64,000 bases of DNA from Pseudovirgaria hyperparasitica (lineage: Eukaryota). The translations under genes were made by a program, and so were the position numbers. This document shows, in pieces, positions 52,690 to 64,000 of this stretch; the stretch's first letter is position 1; each line of letters opens with the position of its first letter. A model generated the notes under the pieces. It searched no databases, was not told the origin of the DNA, and was given only the letters and a program-made list of their open reading frames with translations. The stretch is from assembly GCA_010093815.1 (NCBI GenBank), contig ML996567.1. The stretch is one strand, 5' to 3'.

Positions 52690-55600
52690 ATGGCGTGCCT
52701 AATAAGGTAGTCTAGACTTACTAGATCGAAGCCACGAGTCCGGAAAACAGGGAGTCCGGAGTCGCTAGGGGCTAGCCTCTTAAAAGTAGCCGTAAAAAGC
52801 ATACGCATGCTAACACGGGTAATAGCGCGACTCGAAAATGTCTTAGGGGAATGGGATATAAAATAGGGCCAGATGAAGTAGCAAAGAAGAGTTCAAAAAC
52901 GATAAATATAACCTGTTTAGTACTACTATAGCTGTTATTTATAAACACGGCTACACGAGTACACTACTTTAGGAACGCCTTACACGAAGATAATAATATA
53001 AGTAGGATACCGTGAACCTTATATCGATGAAGACGATAGTAATAGTTCACCTTATAAAGGGATTAATTAACATGGAGAAGGGATAATAGGTGTTATAGGT
53101 AGACGTATTGGGCTAACCTTTAGTTAAGGTAATCCCTTAACTAATAACCTTACCCCTAGCGTCTCCACTAGCACACCTACTACTAGTAATAGTGCGATAG
53201 AAGCTTAAAATAATAACCTAGTAACTCGTAGAGAGATGCTTAACTTCTTTATAGCATTTACGCGATAAGGAAGGATAGTACCTCTATCTACCCTAGCCCC
53301 CGAGCGCTTTAAAGGAATAAACATTACGGCCTTCCTTCGAAAGTACGAGGACATATATATAAACTACGAAGTTCCGCCTAATAAGAAGATAACCTCTCTA
53401 CTATTATACTACGAGGACCATCTCCGTCCTACTATTAAAGGAATAGATAGGTTTTAGAAATAGTAGTAGGCTATACTACGTGAAGAATTATTAAAGGAAT
53501 TCTCTCTATTTGACTCCGCCCTTAAGGAAGGCACTATCTACTTTATCCGAAAATACGTGGAAATGGTTAAAGTAGACCCATCCTACTCTCTCCCTATATA
53601 CTACTCCCGGTATCGTGTTATCACGGAGAAACTTACGGCTAAAGGAAGCCTAAGCTCGTATTCGCGAATAGAGCTCTTCCTAGAAGGGCTGCCTAATAGT
53701 CTTAAGGCTCGGGCTATAGAGAAATGTTAACTTATAATGGAAGCACATAGTTACGACTAGGTAATTATCTATAACTTCGTATTACGAAAGGCTAGAGTAC
53801 TTAAGAAACTAGCTCGTATTAATAAGCACTTAGCCGCATAAGAGCTGGCCATAGCCATGTACTATAAATTAAAGATAGAGAGTAAGAAGACCAGCTTAGA
53901 AGAGTAGTTACATAAAGAAAGAAGAACTAATAAATTTAGCTACCCCTCTCTAGTCGAAGTACACGTCGCGCTAGAATCGGATAAGTTTAACGAGATAGTA
54001 GAGAGATTTAGTAAACTAGACCTTACGTTAATTAAGATAAAGTCCTACTTTATCTCTAATCTCTTATTCTTATCCCTTAAGAAGTATAAACCTAAGCTAC
54101 TTTCGGCCATTATTAACTAGTAGGCGCGAAGGCTAAATCTTTTAATATACCCCTAAGTATAAGACATGCCTATAGAATAAATATAAGTTTATCTATAGAA
54201 TTATATATAGAATAGAGAATACGTCTCTACCCGAGACTCCTAAGAAGGCGTTATAGTCTAGGATAGGCCTCGAAGACCGATTATATATATCACGTATAGA
54301 GGAGATCACCTAATATATAGATGTCCGGAGATAGTAGGATACATTAGAGACGGATTACTAAATATTAATAGGGTGCGAGTATTCTAAGAGCGTTTCGGGG
54401 CGAACGGAGAAGAAATCCTATTACCACCCTCCTCGGTAGAGCTATAAGCTACCCTATAAGCTATCTGGAACTACGTAGTAACGGTTTAAAACGGCCTAAG
54501 CTAGTATGGAGGGGGAGTAAAGGTTTCTACGTCCGTAGTAAACATTAATACTTTATAGAGAGTGCCGGTATATAGTATTAGTATAAAATCTACGAAGGGT
54601 CCCTACCAGGCCTCGGTAGACAGCGATTCGGAAGAAGAAGTCACGTCGCCCGAGAGTAAGAAAGATAGATATATAGAATTCCACGAACGCTTCGACGTAG
54701 CTAGTAATAGATATATCTACGAGGAGATGGCCCTAGAAGAGCCCGCTATACTTATAATATCTAGAAGGGGGATCACGAAGAGTACACCTAATTATACTAA
54801 GGAAAGAAAGATCATCTATCTCCGCGGAATGCGTAAAGGGTAGTATATAAGGATTATTAAGGAATAGGAGGACGGCGAGAAGAGTAGCGACTAGAGAACG
54901 TCTAAATAAGAGCTAACGGCGCCTAAGGATAAGATAGATAAAGGGGATGGCCTAAATCCTAGTTAAAAGGCACGTATCCGAGACGTTAAGCTTAATAACT
55001 ATCTACGCGAGGGATAGCGGCTAAGTATAGAAGCTAGCGAAGTATAGCTGGTACGCGTTCTAGGGATAACTATAAATATTACTATTAGCGAACTATTAAG
55101 CCTTAATAGTAACTTATATCGTGTGGTGTTCGAGAAGGGCGCCCCTAACTTTATAGCTAGAGAGGTCCACGAGGCTTAAGAGGAGAGAGCCGAGAAGAAA
55201 GAAAGAAACGACTATACTATGGCTCCCGAGATAAATAAACTTAATATATTAGTACCCCTCTATGCCACGGGGACGGCTATTATATAATGAGATATTAATT
55301 AGCTTAAGGAAGGGATAGTAAGGCTAGTGGCCGAGTGTCCGAGGTATCCTATGAAAGTTAGTTCTAAAAGGGCGACTAGTATAGTACTATTTAATAGTGG
55401 CGCGTAGGTAAATAGTATTCGACTAGATGCTACGAGGCGTCTCGGGCTAGCGATATCTTTACTTCTACTATATATAAAGAACTCGAGTTTAGTTAGCGCT
55501 ACTTAGTATAGTACTCTATTCGTGGGAATAGTATAGTAATACCCTATCTATATAGGTTAGATCGTTACGGCTACTTCGATATTCGTATATAGCGAACTTA

Positions 55601-58600
55601 ATTATAACCTTATCCTAGGGGAGCCATATACTAGGCAGGCCTTACTTACGGTATAGAGGTTAGCCTCTAGGTAAGTACTCTTAATAGTCTACTCTATATA
55701 TAGATAAGAACGTGTAACCTTTAAAACCAGTCCGGATAAGTATATTCTAGTCTTAGAGAAGGAGGGTAACTCCGTGGCTAGAGACTAACTATATAGCGGA
55801 GTATATCGCTAGAAGCCGGAGTTAAGCCGGATTATTAGTTAAGGGCTACCCTTAACTAATAATCCGTACTAAATAGGGTCCGGTGAACCCACTAACGAAG
55901 GGGATAGGATATATTTTTATACGGATATAGAAATAAGTTATATAGAGTTACTTTCCGAGAAAATCCGGCCTAAAAATATTACTCGGTTATCGAGAAAAGA
56001 TGACTTAGCCGCCCTAGTTACGGCGGTAAGGTACGCTACCTTTATATATAAATAAGACACGATAATAGAACGGCTTATAGCAGGCTCCACCGGCCTCTAA
56101 AGACGGTATTTATCCGGGGTATTAAAGGGATTTAGTATAGCCACCATATATAAAAGAAAGGGAGTTAAAGTACACCCTATAGATGACTCCGAAGCCCACC
56201 GAAAGGTCCCTAGGAATCTATTAGGGTATCTAGACTAGCGTGAACGAGTAATTATATAGTAGGCACTTCTTCCGGCCGTCCACCTAGGCCTTAACGCGTT
56301 TAATAGGCTAATAGAGCCTCGAAGGGTAACTATCCCGCTAGGAATACGTCTAACGCCTCTATATATAAGTTAGCTAAAGATTAGAATAGAGCTACGTCCT
56401 ACGGAACTTAAGTTACTATATATGATCTTATTATATCGCGAGGAAGCACTAGTATGGGAATTCTTATACCTTAGTAAATTTAACGAAGAGGTGGCACCTC
56501 CGTAGGAGATCCGAACGGTAGAATATAAGATATAGTAGGCTAAGAACTTTAATATTCCTAGAGCCCTTTATAGGAAGGTACTTACGATCCTAAAAGAGCG
56601 TCTTAATAGCGGAAGGCTCGAGCCCTATAGTAGTCCTTATTAAAACGCCTATTTTCTCGTAGAAAAGAAGAAGGAAGCTAATAAGGAACGAGATTATAGG
56701 TTAATCAATTCGGCGATAGAAATCAACCGAGTTACCATTCGTAATACGGCCACGCCGCCCTTATATAAAGAATTCTCGGAGTACTTCACGGGGATAGCCG
56801 TCTTAACGTTTACCGACTTCTTCTTAGAATATAATTAGATTCTATTAGTAGAGTATTACCGAGACTTAACGGGGTTTATAACACCCCTAGGATTACTATA
56901 CGGGATAATATTACCTTAAGGGGCCACTAATTTAGTAGCTTAGTTCGTTAGGATTATATTAACTATTATATAAGAACATATCCCGGAGAGGGCTCTACCA
57001 TTCCTAGATAACTTAGGTATTAAAGGACCTACGACGAAATATAACTCTAAGGAGGCCCTATCTAGAATTTATAGGTATATCCTAGAATATTTAATTAACG
57101 TGGATAAGGTTCTTACGGATATAGAGCGCGCCGGATACGCCCTAAGTAGTAAGAAGACTTAGTAGTGTATTAAAGCCGCTAACGTTATAGAATACATCTG
57201 CGGTATTAAAGAGAGGCGACCGAGTAATAAAAAGGTTACTACTATTAGGGACTAGAAACCCTATAAAAACACGACGAATGTACGAGCCTTCCTTAGCGTT
57301 TATATATATTTCCGGATATAGATCCCCGGGTATACTATTATCGCATCGCTACTATTTATACTATTAAAGAATAAATCGGCCTAGTAGTAGATAGCTAAGG
57401 AGTAGACCTCGATGGACGCGCTAAAGATAGCTCTAACTACTACTCCCGCACTAATAACGTTACGGTATAGGATAGGTATAGAAGATATAATTCTAGTAGT
57501 AGACTCTAGTAACGTTAGGTGGGGGGCTACGTTAATGTAGGAGAACGAGGATTATAAATATTAGCTATCGCGGTATGATAGAGGAATATGGTTAAAAGCT
57601 AAGAGAAACTACGACACCGTGAAACTAGAGTACCGAGCCCTCCTCCACGCGTTATAGAAGTTCTAGTAATACCTCTATAGCACGTACTTTATTATAGAAA
57701 TAGACACGAATACTCTAGTCGCTTAAATTAACCGTACTATAACTAACTTACTAGGGGCGCTCGTTACTAGGTGGCTCGCGTGGATTTAGCTATGGAACTT
57801 TATAGTTAGGTACGTACCTAGAAAGCGTAATGTAGTCGCCGACGGTATCTTATAGATGCACGAAGGAGAAGAACCACTAGACGTCCCTACCTTTAACCTA
57901 GACGAGTTCGTGGATATGGCTCTATATATAGACGTGCTAGAGACGTCGTTAATTAAGTCTATTAGCGGGAGAGATTACACGATAGAGATACTTAACTATA
58001 CCGCCATTAAGTCTCCCTTAATAGATAAATATAGTAATAAATAGTAGAGGATTACGAAGTATCTTACTATACTTAAGAGGCTAACCGACCTAACCGACCG
58101 AGCGTATAAGGCCTTTATAACTAACTACCTAAAGTTCCTCGTGTGTAACCGAATACTCTAGCAGAGAGAAGATAGGCATCGCTAATATACACGAGTAATT
58201 AAGGATCCGAATACTAGGGCGCGTATAATTACTACTACTCACGACGAGATAGATTATAGAGGTAGCGAAGGGACCCTTAGAAGGATTAAGAATAAGTATT
58301 GGTAGGTAGGTATACGTAGAGACGTGCGATAGCACGTGAAAACCTATAATAAATATTAATAACGAAGTAAGCTCCTCGGAGGTCTTAATAAAGGGCTCTA
58401 CCACGTTATAACGCCTATTCTTTAGTAAAGAATATACTTAGACGTAACGACACTACCACCTTCTATAGGGTATAGTAAAGTAGTATCTATACGAGAATAG
58501 CTAAGCGGATAGACTAAGGCGGAGGTATATACGGCGGCCACGTCCATAGTTATTATAAAGTTCCTCTTTAAGAACGTAATCTATAGATATGGAATCATTC

Positions 58601-59382
58601 CTAAAATTACCTATAACGGTAGTAGAGAAAATATAGGTACCATAGAGGAGCTCCTCCGACTCTATAGAATTCATTAGAAGGTTATATCTATATATAATCC
58701 CCGAGTAAATAGGATTATTAAGAGAAGTTTTATACTACTCGCTAATACTCTTACGAAGATAACTAATGGCGGATTCAAGAACTAGCCTGACCACCTCCAT
58801 GCGGTCGTCTAGATAGATAGAATAACGACACGTACTAGTATAGGGTATAGTACCGTATACCTCGTGCTCGGCCATAAACCAATCATGCCTATTAAAGTCG
58901 AATTTAAGTCGCTCCGAATGCTCCCTTAGGACGAGGTGCGATTAATGTCTAACTTACTCGCTCTTTAAGCTAGATAACTTAAGAGAAGATCCGAGGATCT
59001 TAAGGAGGCCTATACCTACACGACACGAACGCGTAAGGAATTAAGAGAGACATGGAATAACGACTATTACCTTCGTTAAGAGTCGTTACTAGTCGATATA
59101 ATTATCCTCCTATACGACTCGTAGCGATAGAAGGATATAGGGCGAAAGCTAAGGTAGTATTAGAGGGGGCCATATAGAATCCAGTCCGTGTTTAATTATA
59201 CTTATAAGCTCGCGGAGCTTAATAGAGCCATGCTTAGAGGGACGTTTCCTAGCCATAGGTTAAAGAAATATTTTATAAGAAATGCGAGTAACGAGAGTCA
59301 CGACGAGCCCTCGCGACTACTAATCGGAAGAATTACCGAGGAAAATAAGGAGAGTAGTAATAAGGAAAACTATTATAAATAA
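52690..59382 (+). pseudogene. Single-frame gag-pol of C3
   Basis: ATG 52690, FKGINITAFLRKYED 53308, VLF[D]SGA 55384, FLD[D]LGIKGP 57001 and ORF-track pieces 54562, 57856 and 59188 all share one frame. No chromodomain seen. The true stop may lie slightly further downstream. Confidence 0.88.
55828..55866. repeat. Shared palindrome inside C3 pol
   Basis: Reads in frame as IIS[Q]GLPLT[D]N. Confidence 0.95.
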
Positions 59383-60154
59383 CTCACGGAACACCTCGAC
59401 GACGCCACACGAACCCGGGTGGAAGTGGTAATTCCTACTCCGTAAGGCTTTAATAGAGAGGAATATTTACGTTTCCCTAGAATCGACATCTCCTTCTAGG
59501 GGATAGAAGTTTTTTTAAGGAGGGAAGGGATACTTATAAAAGTAGTCTTATAACGATGAACTCCATTATCGAAAGAGGATAATAAACCCTATCATTACTA
59601 TAAAATAATAAAACCCATTATTAAAGTAAGTAATGCTCGAAAGAAGACATAATGGCGTTTACGCGAAATTCCACCTACCACACATTAAAACCGGTCGTGT
59701 AATCGAAGCCTACCCATCGAAGGTCTATTTCGTTACTATAGAACGGGCCCCGTTAGGAACTAATAAGGAAGAAAAGAAGGAGGAGGTATAAGAGAAAAAG
59801 ATACTTATAGGAAGTCTTATAAGGATAAGAATATACCCAGTATCTATTTATTTATAGATTCCGCCATATACCCGGTAGACACATTCATTTATAGATTTCC
59901 TATATACCTAGTATATATTCATTCATAGATTCGACACGTATACGGGCCTACGGCCGTTAGTAAGGATCATTTATAAAAATTACTATATACCCGGCATTCG
60001 AGGAGGCATAAAAAGAGAACTTAAGATAGTATATAACTCTTCCCTCTTACACCTCTCTATACCTCCTTAATTAATAAAACCTCCTCCTCTACTTCCGCCT
60101 CGCTTAAACTACCTCTCCTTAGAACGTAACTTACCGATAGAACTAATAATAATA

Positions 60155-62427
60155 ATAGCCCTACCGAAGAAGAAAACGCCTACCCGTAAAGAGTTATAAG
60201 ATCGTTAAGCACTAATAAGATAGACACGGTCCTAGTTAAGAGTCGTGAGTGCTAAAGTAGGGCCATTAACGGCTATCGTGGTATTAAGGCCATCTACTAC
60301 TCTATACGGATAGGCTATAGAAGCTACGGAAATAAATAAGTCTACCATTAACTGAATTATCGCTATCCAGGACCCGTAAGAGCGATAGGACTATATTCTA
60401 GACACGTTTAATAATCTCCTTTACATTACTAGCCTTATAGAATAGCTCTTAAGTAGTATAGTTAACCTCTTCTAGGAAGCAGGAGCCGTAATAGGGTATA
60501 GTAAGGCAAAGATTAACTCCTCTATTCCGAAAGAAGTCCACGAGATAATTCGTCGTGGAAGAGATACTAACTCCCGTATCCTAAAAGCTAAAAATGTAAT
60601 CCTATAAAACTAGCGAAAAGACCTCCCTAATAACGACGGCTAGTTACTCTAATCTACCCTCGGATAGCTCTAGTAAACATAGAACTTCATAGAAAAGCTA
60701 GTAGCGCTCTTACGAGTATAAACATGGGTAAGAGTAAGGAACTAGTTAAACGTATCTCTATGGTCCCGAATTGGCCAGGGATAGAAGGAAAGGAGAATTA
60801 AGGCATATCTTTAGAGCTCTAATATTAATACCGCCCTAGCCAGCGATAGTAACGAGAATAGCCTATCTCTCTAGTAACTCTCGAACTACTCTAGCCGATA
60901 AAATAAACTAACGTTCTATAATAAGACGGGACTTATTATCCCCGCTAGTTAATAGTTACGGATAAGTAGAATAGTTCATAGGCCCGTTAAATACTACCTA
61001 TAAATTAAAGAGATAAGTATATTACCTCCACCTTAGACCTTACCGTCGCTAAAACTAGCGTAGGTAACGCCCGTGGTAAAGTCCCCTCCACGAAGCACGC
61101 CTTCTAGTTTAGTAGCACGTCGTCTCTTCGAAGCTAGTTATCCGTTTAAAGTAAGCATTCCTTCTACTACTACTAGTATACGTCCCTTACCGGGCTATGC
61201 GAGAACCTCTTTAGTACCTATTACGGCCACGCTAATAAAACCCACTCGCGGACGTGCCTCATCTACCGGCCCTTAGTAATTACTAGGGGCGCCTATATGA
61301 TAATCCCCGGTTATTCTTAGTTCGTACCCTAAGATGATAGTATCGGTCGAGGAAGAGGACGAGCCTAAGAAGTATTAATACGCGCCTTTAGTAACGAAGA
61401 CTTTTAAGGTAGCTATATTATTAAAGAAGAATTTCACGAGCATTAAGGGAATGGCCCTACTAGTACACTAGAAAGCGTAGATAGGTAATATGGCTATTCC
61501 GTATAAAGTCTACTATAAGCATTACTAAGATATGGCTAGAAAGAATAATATACTCGTTAGCGTGTCCCACTTAAACCTAGTAGCGAGACTTAAAATAGTA
61601 TATAAGTTTAGAGATAACGTGGGGGCCCTTAAAGTTTATAAGGACTACTACACCTAGTTCGCGAAGTACGCGCGGCCACCTTATCCGATAGAGGCATTAG
61701 GTGTCTATTATTACTAGGCCCTAGAGACCCCGAAGCAAGTTATTAATATTAAAACCATCCTTACTAGTATCGCATTTATGATTTAGAAGGAGGACGGTAG
61801 AATAGGTAGGTAACTCTTTGACGAGTAGGAATGTACTAGAAGTATTAATATTAAAGGGCTCTTCGAGCCACTTAAAAAGACGACCTCTATACTTAATAAG
61901 AGTATTCTAGAACTCGCGAGGGATGAATTTAATATATATAAGTACTACTAGCGCATGTTTAATAAGAAATCGAACTACGGCTAGCTACGAACTATATACT
62001 ACTCCTATATCTAATAGTTTATTAGGTAATGCCTACTTTACTAGCTCATCTATATCGCTCTTCGGCCCGATCTTAACTACTATCTAATCTCGTACCCGTA
62101 CTATACGAAGTCCTAGGATAGAGGCGATAAGACGGGTTTTAAGTATCTCGATAACGCCATTAATCGAATCCTCGATCCTAGTAATAGACACGGGTTTAAT
62201 ATAATCTAGGGGAGTATTAGTCTCGACGACAAACGAAGTAACGACTATACTATAATCGTTCCCTACTTCTATAAGTTCTTAAATAAATAGTAGTCGAAGG
62301 CTAAGCTCCGCGAGGGGGTTAATTAAAACGGTATAATTACGGCTATTAACGATAAGATCTATAATACGGACGATAGGAAACGATTTAGTCCCTTCGTCCC
62401 GGTCCCCTACTAGTCCCTTAAAGTACG
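60155..62427 (+). pseudogene. Extra ORF of C3 (putative 2OG-Fe(II) dioxygenase domain protein); 3' part lies in the assembly gap
   Basis: Same frame as ORF-track 61073-61276. DEF[D][M]YK.[H][Q]RMF...G[W]LRT[M]Y[H]S.I[Q][Q]...ALRPD...LISYPYYTK...GFK[H]LD (62135-62152)...I[Q]GSISLDD...[C]TIIVP.F[H]. Confidence 0.75.
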
Positions 62428-63087
62428 NNNNNNNNNNNNNNNNNNNNNNNNNNNNNNNNNNNNNNNNNNNNNNNNNNNNNNNNNNNNNNNNNNNNNNNNN
62501 NNNNNNNNNNNNNNNNNNNNNNNNNNNNNNNNNNNNNNNNNNNNNNNNNNNNNNNNNNNNNNNNNNNNNNNNNNNNNNNNNNNNNNNNNNNNNNNNNNNN
62601 NNNNNNNNNNNNNNNNNNNNNNNNNNNNNNNNNNNNNNNNNNNNNNNNNNNNNNNNNNNNNNNNNNNNNNNNNNNNNNNNNNNNNNNNNNNNNNNNNNNN
62701 NNNNNNNNNNNNNNNNNNNNNNNNNNNNNNNNNNNNNNNNNNNNNNNNNNNNNNNNNNNNNNNNNNNNNNNNNNNNNNNNNNNNNNNNNNNNNNNNNNNN
62801 NNNNNNNNNNNNNNNNNNNNNNNNNNNNNNNNNNNNNNNNNNNNNNNNNNNNNNNNNNNNNNNNNNNNNNNNNNNNNNNNNNNNNNNNNNNNNNNNNNNN
62901 NNNNNNNNNNNNNNNNNNNNNNNNNNNNNNNNNNNNNNNNNNNNNNNNNNNNNNNNNNNNNNNNNNNNNNNNNNNNNNNNNNNNNNNNNNNNNNNNNNNN
63001 NNNNNNNNNNNNNNNNNNNNNNNNNNNNNNNNNNNNNNNNNNNNNNNNNNNNNNNNNNNNNNNNNNNNNNNNNNNNNNNNNNNNNNN
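62428..63087. other. Assembly gap
   Basis: Run of N. Confidence 1.
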
Positions 63088-63235
63088 ATCCGGGCTAAGG
63101 TTTACCCGCGCCGAGAGGTTTACTAGGGGCGCATTTTATTCGTATTAAGGTCTTTCTTTTAGGCGTTCTTTACACGGTTTCTTACACGGTTACTATACTA
63201 CTAAGGGTAGTAGTTCTATGGGCCGGGGAGGTATA

Positions 63236-63607
63236 TATAGAAGGCCGCTCCTATAGCCCCATATGTATGTGTCCCTAGCTCGATTATATAGCTCATTATA
63301 TATTTAAGGAGGGCGTTTTCCTTGGTCATTCTATATGACACGCTTCCCCTATCACTAATATTCGACGATTCGACCTTTCCTTACGTTCATGGGCCTCTAT
63401 AGGTATTAATTATTAGGCTTAGCTATTAATAAATTAATTAAGAGTATTATATAGACCCGTCCTATCATAAAAGAGAACTAATAAGAAGTCGTGCGTTTAA
63501 AGAGAACTTATAATACCTAGGAGAGATACTTGTGAGTTCGTCGCGACTACTATACTAAGGACATAGCCATTTATAAAAAGGGACATACGTAGCGATGGCT
63601 CATCACA
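63236..63607 (+). repeat. 3' LTR of C3
   Basis: Reverse complement of the C1 LTRs, preceded by GGCCGGGGAGGTA and ending CACA. Confidence 0.95.
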
Positions 63608-64000
63608 CTATATTTTATATAACTTTAAAACTATCGGGTCTATCTTTTATAGATCCACGATTAACTAGGCGAGGTCTACTTAATATATACGCTAGGTACC
63701 ATCGCCCTCCCTAATAGCGCCGATAAATGGCTTACTAGGGACTTCGGTACCATGTCTTTAGTTACCGGCTTCGGTCTTATAAATTCGATTACTAGTATTA
63801 GTATTAGTATCTTACTAATCGTTAGATAACTTATTATCTAACCTCGTCCTTAAGAGTTAGGCCTATAGCTACTCTAGGACCCTATAGCTACTATAATTCT
63901 AGGCGCCTTCTTTATAGTTAGGTCTTCTTAATATTCTATTAGCTAGATTTATACTTCTAGGTTAATAGTAGATTATAAAGTAGAAATTTATAAGCTACTT
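63608..64000 (-). pseudogene. pol: Element D pol: RNase H end and linker
   Basis: L.NF[H]F.I[H]Y[Q]P[G], then (with an apparent 1-nt shift) N[P]A[D][G].[S]RRP[D]Y. The reading continues into 52617 across TSD CTAT. Confidence 0.8.

Larger units (their letters stand above)
52618..63607 (+). mobile_element. Family C copy C3, lacking its 5' LTR; by eye the least mutated copy
   Basis: Starts at the internal sequence TTTAGAGGTCGTACC; 3' LTR 63236-63607; flanked by CTAT (52614-52617 / 63608-63611). Confidence 0.92.
20481..64000 (-). mobile_element. Chromoviral Ty3/Gypsy element D, split into 20481-21207, 37950-40815, 52148-52617 and 63608->64000 by three family C insertions
   Basis: The pieces rejoin across 4-bp TSDs (ATAG, CTAG, CTAT). 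The pol reading continues RNase H end > linker > integrase > chromodomain. Minus-strand purine tract at 20724-20738 lies next to the LTR. Confidence 0.85.

Noticed and set aside
21726..55866. Recurring ~33-bp palindrome as a CRISPR repeat or prokaryotic terminator
   Set aside because: Copies are kilobases apart with no spacer array or cas genes, and the context is eukaryotic retroelements.
58129..58404. ORF-track proteins MVEPFIKTS... (also 46049-46324 and 26556-26762) as a repeated membrane-protein gene
   Set aside because: They are antisense shadows of the family C integrase region.

Overview
This is fungal (filamentous ascomycete-type) repeat DNA with no recognisable host gene. It is heavily mutated by repeat-induced point mutation (RIP): CpA/TpG are depleted and TpA is in excess, so all coding regions are pseudogenised. 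In the motifs below, bracketed residues are restored by reverting C>T/G>A changes. The window is one nested transposon pile. A hAT transposase relic is interrupted by three chromodomain Ty3/Gypsy elements: A (3429-10783 +), B (11436-19219 -) and D (20481 to beyond the window end, -). A fourth Gypsy, E, lies at the left edge. D hosts three copies of an ~11 kb non-chromodomain Gypsy, family C (21208-37949 -, 40816-52147 -, 52618-63607 +), and copy C1 hosts a full-length Tad1-like LINE (31872-37158 -). Three observations stand out. (1) Family C carries an extra ~976-codon sense ORF after pol whose C-terminal half reads as a PhyH-like 2-oxoglutarate/Fe(II) dioxygenase. (2) One 31-33 bp palindrome is shared by family C and the unrelated LINE, including inside reading frames. 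(3) Elements A, B and D appear to carry antisense Cys-rich ORFs, probably spliced in D.
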